Shown here piece by piece: positions 56,599 to 64,000 of a DNA stretch of 64,000 bases. The first letter of the stretch is position 1; the number at the start of each line of letters is the position of its first letter. The stretch is from Bacteroidales bacterium (GTDB lineage Bacteria; Bacteroidota; Bacteroidia; Bacteroidales; JBBRXJ01). The translations under genes were made by a program, and so were the position numbers. Location: the NCBI GenBank assembly GCA_038248505.1, contig JBBRXJ010000002.1:32048-96047 (forward strand). Direction: 5' to 3'. Below the pieces are notes generated by a model. It saw only the letters and a program-made list of their open reading frames with translations. It made no database searches and had not been told where the DNA came from.

Positions 56599-57507
56599 AT
56601 GAACAAAAAACTGATTCCTAGCAACTATACTAGCAAACTACTGATTTGCATAGTTTTGGTCTTTATTTACAGCAGTTTTTCGCTTGACCGTACTGATTAT
56701 CGCGACGGCATGTATAAAAACGTATGTAAAGAACTTCGCAATAATGTATTAGTGTATTTTATTTTTGTTGACAGTAAAGAAACCTGCCCTTGGACTGAAT
56801 TTGATATACAATCAACCATTGACAGTATGGCAATTGCAATACAATGGATTGAAGAGCAAGCCCGCAAACAAAACATCAACTTAAATATCAAGAACGATTA
56901 TTATATTGGACAGACTTATAGCACAATAAAGCGGAAATTACCTCAAAAATCAGTTTTAGAATCGCTATATATGCCAAACTTAAAACAAGGATTAACAAAT
57001 TTAAATATATGGGCAGATAAAATAGCCAGAGAAGCAGGATCGTCATACCAACCTGAGAAAAAAGATGGCATACCAGATCAGGAACAACCAAGAAACAAAG
57101 AGCGACTTATAGCATATTTGCGTGATAAATATGAAGTTGAAAGTGTTTGCTTATTATACATGGTAAATAATTATTTTAAAGAAGACATATCAATCCCAGT
57201 AAATACTATGAATGCTGACGATATAGAATTCGGTATTGTGAGTTATAAATATCCTTCTGAAATTGCACACAACATACTACATCTATTCGGCGCGGCCGAT
57301 TTATATGAAACCCCGTTCCGAAAGAATAAAAGCAAAATACAATTTGCTCATAAGAATTTCCCAAAAGATATAATGCAAGATCCCTATTCAAAAAAAATAA
57401 ATAATTGCCAAATAGGAGAATTTACAAGCTACTTAATTGGATGGAAAAGCAATTTAAATGCTTTTTATAAAGAACTACTTCGTGACAATATTAACTCGGG
57501 AATATAA
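56599..57507 (+). CDS. Membrane-anchored hypothetical protein with a degenerate zincin-like motif
   Basis: 302 aa with an N-terminal anchor. AHNILHLFGAADLYE (aa 223-237) is HxxxH followed by G..DxY, where a canonical zincin would have HExxH. Confidence 0.5.
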   Translation: MNKKLIPSNYTSKLLICIVLVFIYSSFSLDRTDYRDGMYKNVCKELRNNVLVYFIFVDSKETCPWTEFDIQSTIDSMAIAIQWIEEQARKQNINLNIKNDYYIGQTYSTIKRKLPQKSVLESLYMPNLKQGLTNLNIWADKIAREAGSSYQPEKKDGIPDQEQPRNKERLIAYLRDKYEVESVCLLYMVNNYFKEDISIPVNTMNADDIEFGIVSYKYPSEIAHNILHLFGAADLYETPFRKNKSKIQFAHKNFPKDIMQDPYSKKINNCQIGEFTSYLIGWKSNLNAFYKELLRDNINSGI

Positions 57508-57977
57508 TGTTAACACGATATTTATCATACCTTCTCCTTTTTTTATTACTATATCAAGCGAATGCTCAGAATCTTCCGGAACTAAATAAAAAAATATTAG
57601 CGTATACAAATTCAGTAATAGGAACTAGTGTTGATAGAGGAGAGTGTTGGGATTTAGCCAATCAGGCCCTTACGAGCGCTGGTGCTAAATGGGATCATGC
57701 CTATGTATATGGGAAAAAATTAAATTTGGCAAAAGACACCATATTTCCGGGTGATTTAATACATTTTCAAAATGTGACACTAAAATATAACAAAGGCACT
57801 ACCCAAATTACTGAGAGCATGAAGAATCATACAGCTATTGTATATAAGATAGTATCAGTAGGAACTTTAGAGATAGCACATCAGAATACAGGGTTTTCAG
57901 GAAAGAATGTAGGTATCAGCGAATTACAACTTTCCACTTTAAAAAAAGGGCGAATTACATTTTATCGACCTTATTGA
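57507..57977 (+). CDS. Secreted CHAP/NlpC-like cysteine amidase candidate
   Basis: 156 aa with a signal peptide. GECWDL (Cys), NHTAIVY (His) and AHQN, in CHAP order and spacing. 1-nt overlap with the upstream gene. Confidence 0.55.
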   Translation: MLTRYLSYLLLFLLLYQANAQNLPELNKKILAYTNSVIGTSVDRGECWDLANQALTSAGAKWDHAYVYGKKLNLAKDTIFPGDLIHFQNVTLKYNKGTTQITESMKNHTAIVYKIVSVGTLEIAHQNTGFSGKNVGISELQLSTLKKGRITFYRPY

Positions 57978-58174
57978 GATTCCATTACAAGATACAAATA
58001 CCTCTATTCGTATAACTTAAGGAGAAAGATTTCTAAATGATATTAGGATTCAATAAATTTATTATATTTGAGGGGTATTAATGAATTTATATAGATACAT
58101 TTTTTCTTTATTTAAGAAATTGTATTATTTTTACCATAATTTGAAAATTGATAATTCCTTAAACAATAAACTAT

Positions 58175-59098
58175 ATGTTGACCAAGACTATGATTATCAA
58201 GAAGTCTCAAGTACTTACCATTATTCTTGTCACGGCACTGTTTTTTGGTTGTGGCGGTGGAAAAAATTCTGAAGAGGTAAATGTTGACGAAAGTGAACTA
58301 AATCAGGACATTCAAGACCTGAAGAACGATCTCAACAATACGAAGAAGATTTTCTATTCACTACCTTCACCACTTGAGTCTGCTATGCTACTAAAAACAG
58401 CTGGCGCCACTTATAATGAAGAATTACTGAATCCAGTATCAAATGCATCTAAATATACTACCAACAAAAAGATGGCTTTAAATTTAGGCATTTATACTAC
58501 CGATTTAAGTTTTGCAAGTCTATTTGATCAAACACAGACGACCATTGAATATATGAATGCAGCTAAAGAAATAGCTGATCGCCTTGGTATTCTTGATGTA
58601 TTTACAGATAGCACACTGAAAAAACTTGAGGAAAATGTCAATAACCGTGATGTAATCATGGATATTATTTCTGAAACATTTATGAATTCTAGCTCCTACT
58701 TAAAAGAAAACAATCGTGCAGCTATATCATCTGTTGTGCTAATTGGAGGTTGGATTGAAGGTTTATATATATCAGCTAAATTAGTAGAACAGACTAATTT
58801 CCATAATAATAAATTAGTTGATCGTATAGCTGATCAAAAATACAGCCTTGATATTGTAATCAAGATGATTGAGAAATACAGCTATCATGAGGATGTTGCT
58901 GAACTCCTTGCTACTATGAAAGAAGTTCAAACCATATATGACAAAATTGATATCGTGACCACAAAGCCCATACCAGTAAAAGACGAAGCAACAAATATTA
59001 CAACGCTTAAGTCTACTTCTACTGTTTCAATGAGCCCTGAAGTGTTCAACGAACTTATCAATAAGATTAAAACAATAAGAAAGAATTTCACCTTATAA
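58175..59098 (+). CDS. Hypothetical helical lipoprotein
   Basis: 307 aa with lipobox LFFGC. The start may be at MIIKK (58190). Confidence 0.6.
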   Translation: MLTKTMIIKKSQVLTIILVTALFFGCGGGKNSEEVNVDESELNQDIQDLKNDLNNTKKIFYSLPSPLESAMLLKTAGATYNEELLNPVSNASKYTTNKKMALNLGIYTTDLSFASLFDQTQTTIEYMNAAKEIADRLGILDVFTDSTLKKLEENVNNRDVIMDIISETFMNSSSYLKENNRAAISSVVLIGGWIEGLYISAKLVEQTNFHNNKLVDRIADQKYSLDIVIKMIEKYSYHEDVAELLATMKEVQTIYDKIDIVTTKPIPVKDEATNITTLKSTSTVSMSPEVFNELINKIKTIRKNFTL

Positions 59099-59104
59099 AC
59101 ACTC

Positions 59105-59557
59105 TTGATCATGAAAAGGTTTTATTTAGCAACTACATTTGTAGCTCTGGCACTTGCGCTTCTCTCTTTTAATGCAAATGCTCAGTGCAAAACTTTCGCG
59201 AAGAATGTGTGCAAGCCTATACTCACGCCCTATCTTCATGATGGGAATTATAATGCGGCAATTCTTACCGAAGGTGAAGAGGCTGAATTATATAAAACAT
59301 TCTATTCAGGCCAAGTATATCGTATTACTATATGCGGTTCAGAAGCACTACCTCAAATACAATTTCGTGTAATTGACAGCAAAAACAACGTGATATACGA
59401 TAATAAAAGTCAGAATTACGCTACTTCATACGACTTTAAAACAGATGCAAGCCAACAGCTTAAGATTCATATTAAAGTACCTGCTAGCGGAAAAAGCCAA
59501 GAAGAAATCAATAGTGGTTGTGTTGCAATTATGTTTGGTTTCAAAGACGACGAATAA
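59105..59557 (+). CDS. Hypothetical secreted Cys-containing small protein
   Basis: 150 aa. Signal peptide ending ANAQ, four Cys residues, beta-rich composition. Confidence 0.6.
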   Translation: MIMKRFYLATTFVALALALLSFNANAQCKTFAKNVCKPILTPYLHDGNYNAAILTEGEEAELYKTFYSGQVYRITICGSEALPQIQFRVIDSKNNVIYDNKSQNYATSYDFKTDASQQLKIHIKVPASGKSQEEINSGCVAIMFGFKDDE

Positions 59558-59601
59558 GCTAGTTTTTCGCACTGATAAAGGTTTAACCTAATATTTCAGT
59601 T

Positions 59602-60411
59602 ATGAAAAATAGTATTATTATTAGCATTATCTTTTCTCTTTTTATATTCTTATCCTGTGAGAAACAGTATGTATTAGATATTCTCAATAATAATTCTGAT
59701 ACTTTAGCATCAAATACGCTCTCTTCTAGCGAAATTATTGATGGTTTAAAAACTGCTCTAATAGTTGGTACTGATTCTTCTTCTTCACGTTTAAATATAA
59801 CAGATGGTTACTTTGCTGATGCTGCGGTTAAAATATTATTACCTCCTGAAGCTAATGTAATTGTTGAAAATATCAGCTCAGTTTCTGGTGGACCTGCCCT
59901 AGTACAAAAGGTGATTCTCTCCATTAATCGTGCTGCTGAAGACGCTGCCGATGATGCTTCTCCCATATTTAAAAATGCAATTACCTCTCTTAGTATATCA
60001 CAGGCATGGGATATTTTAAATGGCGTGAACCCAGCGGGAACTAAAAGTACTTCTACCGGATTTGACTCAACAGCCGCCACAAACTATTTTAATAGTGTTA
60101 CACGTAATGATCTTGTAACTGTATTTGCCCCTAAAATGAATGAAGCTTTAGACAAAGACCTTATTGGACTAGGATACTCGGCAAATGATGCGTGGAATGA
60201 TCTTTCAACTGCATATAATACAATTGCAAGCATTCCATTTAGTGGCTTAACACCTGTAAACACAAACCTTGGCACTCACTGTACAAATAAAGCCTTAGAC
60301 GGTCTCTTTCTTAAAGTAGGCGAACAGGAGAAAAAAATTCGTGAAAATCCTTTTTCATGGGCTGCCACTGCTGTTGGAAATATACTGGCTCGAGTATTTG
60401 GAAGATTATAA
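59602..60411 (+). CDS. Lipoprotein, DUF4197-like
   Basis: 269 aa with lipobox FLSC. GLKTALIVGTDSSSSRL...DGYFADAAVKILLPPEA resembles my recollection of DUF4197. Confidence 0.55.
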   Translation: MKNSIIISIIFSLFIFLSCEKQYVLDILNNNSDTLASNTLSSSEIIDGLKTALIVGTDSSSSRLNITDGYFADAAVKILLPPEANVIVENISSVSGGPALVQKVILSINRAAEDAADDASPIFKNAITSLSISQAWDILNGVNPAGTKSTSTGFDSTAATNYFNSVTRNDLVTVFAPKMNEALDKDLIGLGYSANDAWNDLSTAYNTIASIPFSGLTPVNTNLGTHCTNKALDGLFLKVGEQEKKIRENPFSWAATAVGNILARVFGRL

Positions 60412-60415
60412 TTTT

Positions 60416-63244
60416 TTAAAGAATCATCTTTTCTTTAAGGTATTTACCTGTATATGATGATTTAAATTTTGCTAAATCCTCCGGAATACCTTCAAAAACC
60501 AAATAACCACCTTTGTCGCCCCCTTCAGGTCCTAAATCAATTACCCAATCGGCACACTTAATAACCTCCGGATTGTGTTCTATTATCACAATTGAATGAC
60601 CCTGCCGCAAAAGTGCATTAAATGAATCTAACAATTTACGAATATCATGTATATGTAAACCAGTTGTAGGTTCGTCAAAAATAAAGAGATGCGGTTTAAT
60701 GGCAGTTCCTTTCACTAAAAAAGATGCTAGCTTTACTCGTTGACTCTCTCCACCACTCAAGGTATTCGATGATTGTCCTAAACGAATATAACCTAGTCCT
60801 ACATCAAGTAATGTTTGCAACTTATCTATTATTCTTGATTCAGTATTTCCTTGATTTTCTTTAAAAAATTCCACAGCCTCATCAATCGTCATTTCAAGAA
60901 CATCATGAATACTACGCCCATGATATTTTACCTCAAGCACTTCATCTTTAAAACGTCGGCCATGGCAACTATCGCAAACAAGTTTAACGTCAGCCATGAA
61001 TTGCATTTCAATAGTAATTTCGCCTTCACCATCACACTCATCACAACGCCCTCCTGCAACATTAAATGAAAAATGAGATGGCTCATAGCCCATTGTTTTA
61101 GAATGTTGTTGCAATGAGAAAAGTTTTCGAATCTCATCATAGGCTTTTATATAAGTTACCGGATTGGATCGTGATGATTTTCCTATTGGATTCTGATCAA
61201 TATATTCAATCTGTGAAATACGATGTACATCTCCCTTAATAGATGTATGCTCTCCTACTTTTATACCAGTTGCATTTATTCTACTACTTAATGCAGGATA
61301 CAAAATATCACCAATTAAAGAAGATTTACCAGAACCACTAACACCTGTAACAACGGTAATAACATTGAGCGGTATACGAACCGTAATGTCTTTTAAATTA
61401 TTTTCTCGAGCCCCGTTAATTTCAATATATGAGTTCCATTTACGGCGACTTATTGGTAGAGGAATCATTTCTCTTTTTGAAAAATAAGCAGCTGTTAAGC
61501 CATTTTTTTCTTTTAACAATTCACTAAAGTTACCTTGAAAAACAATTTCACCGCCTAATCTACCCGCAAAAGGGCCAATATCTATTATATGTTCAGCGGC
61601 TTTAATAATTTCCTCATCATGTTCAACCACCACTACTGTATTCCCTATTTCAGTAAGTTTTTTTAACACACCAATTAATAATCCTGTATCACGTGGATGC
61701 AAACCTATACTTGGCTCATCAAGAATATACAAAGAGCCAACGAGGCTACTGCCTAATGAACAAGAGAGGTTTATACGTTGTGACTCTCCTCCTGAAAGAG
61801 ATGAACTAAGACGGTTAAGCGTTAAATAACCCAAACCCACATTGCTAAGAAACTCCAACCGACTAGTTATTTCAAATAAAATATGATGTGATATTTTTTT
61901 ATCCTGATCGTTAAATTTGATTTTTTTAAAAAAGTTTATTAGCTCTAAAATAGGCATATCAACCAAATGTTGTATGGATGTATCACTCACCTTAACATAC
62001 GCTGCTTCCTTTCGTAAACGCGATCCTTTACAACTAGGGCAAGTGGTCTTACCACGGTAGCGCGCCAACATAACACGATACTGAATTTTGTATTTTTTTG
62101 TCTCCAGATATTCAAAAAAGGTATATATTCCTTCAATCTGTTTATTCCCATTCCACAATAGTTCCTTCTGTTCATTTTTTAACTCGAAATAGGGTTTATG
62201 AACAGGAAAGCCCAGTTTAGAAGCATGAGAAATAAAAAATTCTTTCCATTGAGACATTTTCTCTCCTTTCCAACAAACTACAGCATCTTCATAAACAGAA
62301 AGATTTTTATCAGGTATCACAAGATTTTCATCAACGCCAATTACTCGGCCATAGCCTTCACAAACAGAGCATGCGCCAAGAGGGCTATTAAAACTAAAAA
62401 GATTTACATCTGGTTCTTCAAAAATAATTCCATCCATCTCAAAACGAGATGAAAAACTAAGATTTTTTGATTTTTCATCCTCTCCTACTCTTAAAATAAA
62501 GTCACCATTACCTTCAGCAAATGCCGTTTGTACAGAATCTGCCATTCGGCTAATATCATCTGGTTCGTGACTTACACGAAAACGATCCACTACAATATTC
62601 ATTTTTGCGAGTCCCTTAATAGCTTTAGGATTCTCCTGTATTTCTTTAATTCGAAATATCTTACCATTTAGCTCAAGGGCTGAAATTCCTTCCTTTATAA
62701 GGAATTCAAGCACTGCTTTGTCTGTTTTATGTGAATGGAGTGAAAGGGGGAGTAGAATAATAACCTGTGATTGATTTGGGAAAGAAAGTATTTTATTTAT
62801 AACATCATCAACTGTATGTTTTTTAACCTCAACATTACTAATTGGAGAAAATGTATGACCAACTCTTGCATATAATAGTTTTAAGTAATCATAAATTTCT
62901 GTTGATGTACCTACTGTTGAGCGCGGGTTACGAGCATTTACCTTTTGTTCAATTGCTATTGCGGGAGGTATCCCTTTAATGAAATCAACATCTGGTTTAT
63001 GAATTTTACCTAAAAACTGTCGTGCATAGGACGATAAACTCTCAACATATCTTCTTTGACCCTCTGCATAAAGAGTATCAAAAGCTAATGATGACTTTCC
63101 TGAACCCGACAAGCCTGTTATAACAATAAATGTATCTCGAGGTAAAGATAAACTAATATTTTTCAGGTTATGTACCCGAGCTTTACTTATAACTATCTGC
63201 TCTACTGCTTCTTCCTTCTTTTTCATAAAACAAAACGCTGTCAA
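60416..63244 (-). CDS. uvrA: Excinuclease ABC subunit A
   Basis: 942 aa with two ABC modules (GLSGSGKSS and GVSGSGKSS), zinc-finger cysteines and LSGGE signatures. Confidence 0.95.
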   Translation of the reverse strand: MTAFCFMKKKEEAVEQIVISKARVHNLKNISLSLPRDTFIVITGLSGSGKSSLAFDTLYAEGQRRYVESLSSYARQFLGKIHKPDVDFIKGIPPAIAIEQKVNARNPRSTVGTSTEIYDYLKLLYARVGHTFSPISNVEVKKHTVDDVINKILSFPNQSQVIILLPLSLHSHKTDKAVLEFLIKEGISALELNGKIFRIKEIQENPKAIKGLAKMNIVVDRFRVSHEPDDISRMADSVQTAFAEGNGDFILRVGEDEKSKNLSFSSRFEMDGIIFEEPDVNLFSFNSPLGACSVCEGYGRVIGVDENLVIPDKNLSVYEDAVVCWKGEKMSQWKEFFISHASKLGFPVHKPYFELKNEQKELLWNGNKQIEGIYTFFEYLETKKYKIQYRVMLARYRGKTTCPSCKGSRLRKEAAYVKVSDTSIQHLVDMPILELINFFKKIKFNDQDKKISHHILFEITSRLEFLSNVGLGYLTLNRLSSSLSGGESQRINLSCSLGSSLVGSLYILDEPSIGLHPRDTGLLIGVLKKLTEIGNTVVVVEHDEEIIKAAEHIIDIGPFAGRLGGEIVFQGNFSELLKEKNGLTAAYFSKREMIPLPISRRKWNSYIEINGARENNLKDITVRIPLNVITVVTGVSGSGKSSLIGDILYPALSSRINATGIKVGEHTSIKGDVHRISQIEYIDQNPIGKSSRSNPVTYIKAYDEIRKLFSLQQHSKTMGYEPSHFSFNVAGGRCDECDGEGEITIEMQFMADVKLVCDSCHGRRFKDEVLEVKYHGRSIHDVLEMTIDEAVEFFKENQGNTESRIIDKLQTLLDVGLGYIRLGQSSNTLSGGESQRVKLASFLVKGTAIKPHLFIFDEPTTGLHIHDIRKLLDSFNALLRQGHSIVIIEHNPEVIKCADWVIDLGPEGGDKGGYLVFEGIPEDLAKFKSSYTGKYLKEKMIL

Positions 63245-63384
63245 ATAACAGGCTCATAAATGTACTATATTTTGCCATATCATTTTTTATTACTATATTT
63301 ATGATATAATTGACTCGAAATAATAAACGCTTTAAACGATTGCCTATCGAAAAACATCTACTCCTTAAGAATTAACGAATAAAA

Positions 63385-63391
63385 AAGGAGG
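63385..63391 (+). promoter_or_regulatory. Canonical Shine-Dalgarno AAGGAGG 5 nt upstream of a GTG start
   Basis: Read directly. Such strong SD sites are not seen at the other gene starts I inspected in this window. Confidence 0.6.
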
Positions 63392-63396
63392 TTGTT

Positions 63397-63987
63397 GTGA
63401 ATACTCAAATTCAAACCGACAATGAATTAATAAGACAATTCATAGACGGAAGGCAGTCGAGCATTGAAGAATTGATTCATAGATACAAGAATCAAGTTTA
63501 CACTTACATTAATTTGCTCGTAAAAAATCAGGCTTTAGCAGAAGATATCCTTCAAGATAGCTTCATTAAGGTTATTAAATCATTAAAAACAGGGAAATAC
63601 CAAGAGAACGGAAAATTTCTTTCGTGGGTTCTGCGAATTTCTCATAACTTGGTTATTGACCACTATCGTAAAGCTAAGCAGATCAATACCATATCAAATG
63701 ACCGTTATGATACGGATCTCTTTAATAGCACCAAATTTTCAGACGATACTATTGAAGATAAGATGATTGACAATCAGATAACCGATGAGGTCAAGGCATT
63801 AATAGAGCAATTACCTGATGATCAAAAACAAGTTATTTATTTGCGACATTATGCGGATCTCAGCTTTAAAGAAATAGCTGAACAAACGAATGTTAGCATC
63901 AATACTGCGTTAGGTCGCATGCGTTATGCACTAATTAACTTGCGCAAAATGATTGAAGATAGAAAATTAAGCCTGACAAGAATTTAA
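63397..63987 (+). CDS. ECF-type RNA polymerase sigma-70 factor (GTG start)
   Basis: 196 aa. Region 2 is ILQDSFIKVIKSL...FLSWVLRISHNLVIDHYR and region 4 is DDQKQVIYLRHYADLSFKEIAEQTNVSINTALGRMRYA. Confidence 0.85.
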   Translation: MNTQIQTDNELIRQFIDGRQSSIEELIHRYKNQVYTYINLLVKNQALAEDILQDSFIKVIKSLKTGKYQENGKFLSWVLRISHNLVIDHYRKAKQINTISNDRYDTDLFNSTKFSDDTIEDKMIDNQITDEVKALIEQLPDDQKQVIYLRHYADLSFKEIAEQTNVSINTALGRMRYALINLRKMIEDRKLSLTRI

Positions 63988-64000
63988 TGCAATAATTTAA

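Noticed and set aside
58081-58272. 63-aa ORF overlapping the start of the lipoprotein gene, and the alternative-frame ORF at 59154-59372
   Set aside because: Both overlap better-supported signal-peptide-bearing ORFs in another frame, and their composition is dominated by AT-rich codons.

Overview
This is an AT-rich chromosomal segment that looks like Bacteroidota. The evidence is TAnnTTTG-type -7 boxes, a glsB/glsA-like lipid gene pair, a Rho with a large N-terminal insertion, exbB-exbD-exbD, and almost no Shine-Dalgarno sites. All calls come from reading the ORF-track proteins and the DNA by eye; no searches were run.

The left 19 kb holds housekeeping genes: rsmH/mraZ at the start of the dcw cluster, a glycine-lipid gene pair, dprA, a TonB energiser operon, tatD, trkA, comEC, def, ruvX, PFOR and rho. 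Three tRNAs are present: Ser-GGA, Gln-TTG and Lys-CTT.

From about 19.2 to 44.3 kb lies a roughly 25 kb, mostly minus-strand surface-glycan locus made of at least two modules separated by a 1 kb AT-rich spacer.
- Module 1 has a CapD-type dehydratase, two Wzz-like and two Wzy_C-domain proteins, a MurJ-family flippase, a GT-C-fold enzyme, one GT4, a PglC-like initiating transferase, two methyltransferases, and a split transketolase with a TylF-like methyltransferase and a DegT aminotransferase.
- Module 2 has wecB, a UDP-GlcA 4-epimerase, and a legionaminic-acid-like nonulosonic acid pathway (legC-, neuC-, neuB- and neuA-like).

The most interesting candidate is module 2. It lacks the usual hexapeptide N-acetyltransferase. 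Instead it carries a FemAB/GNAT-like protein, a divergent DegT-like protein, and an unlisted 42-codon ORF that bridges neuB and neuC with ATGA overlaps at both ends.

The right 20 kb is housekeeping again (metF, coaD, pyrE, xerD, nth, uvrA, an ECF sigma factor). It also has a pseudo-receiver-PAS-class III adenylate cyclase, a C8 tract inside a thioredoxin-like gene, and a block of secreted or unknown proteins. I saw no CRISPR array, rRNA, transposase or prophage.
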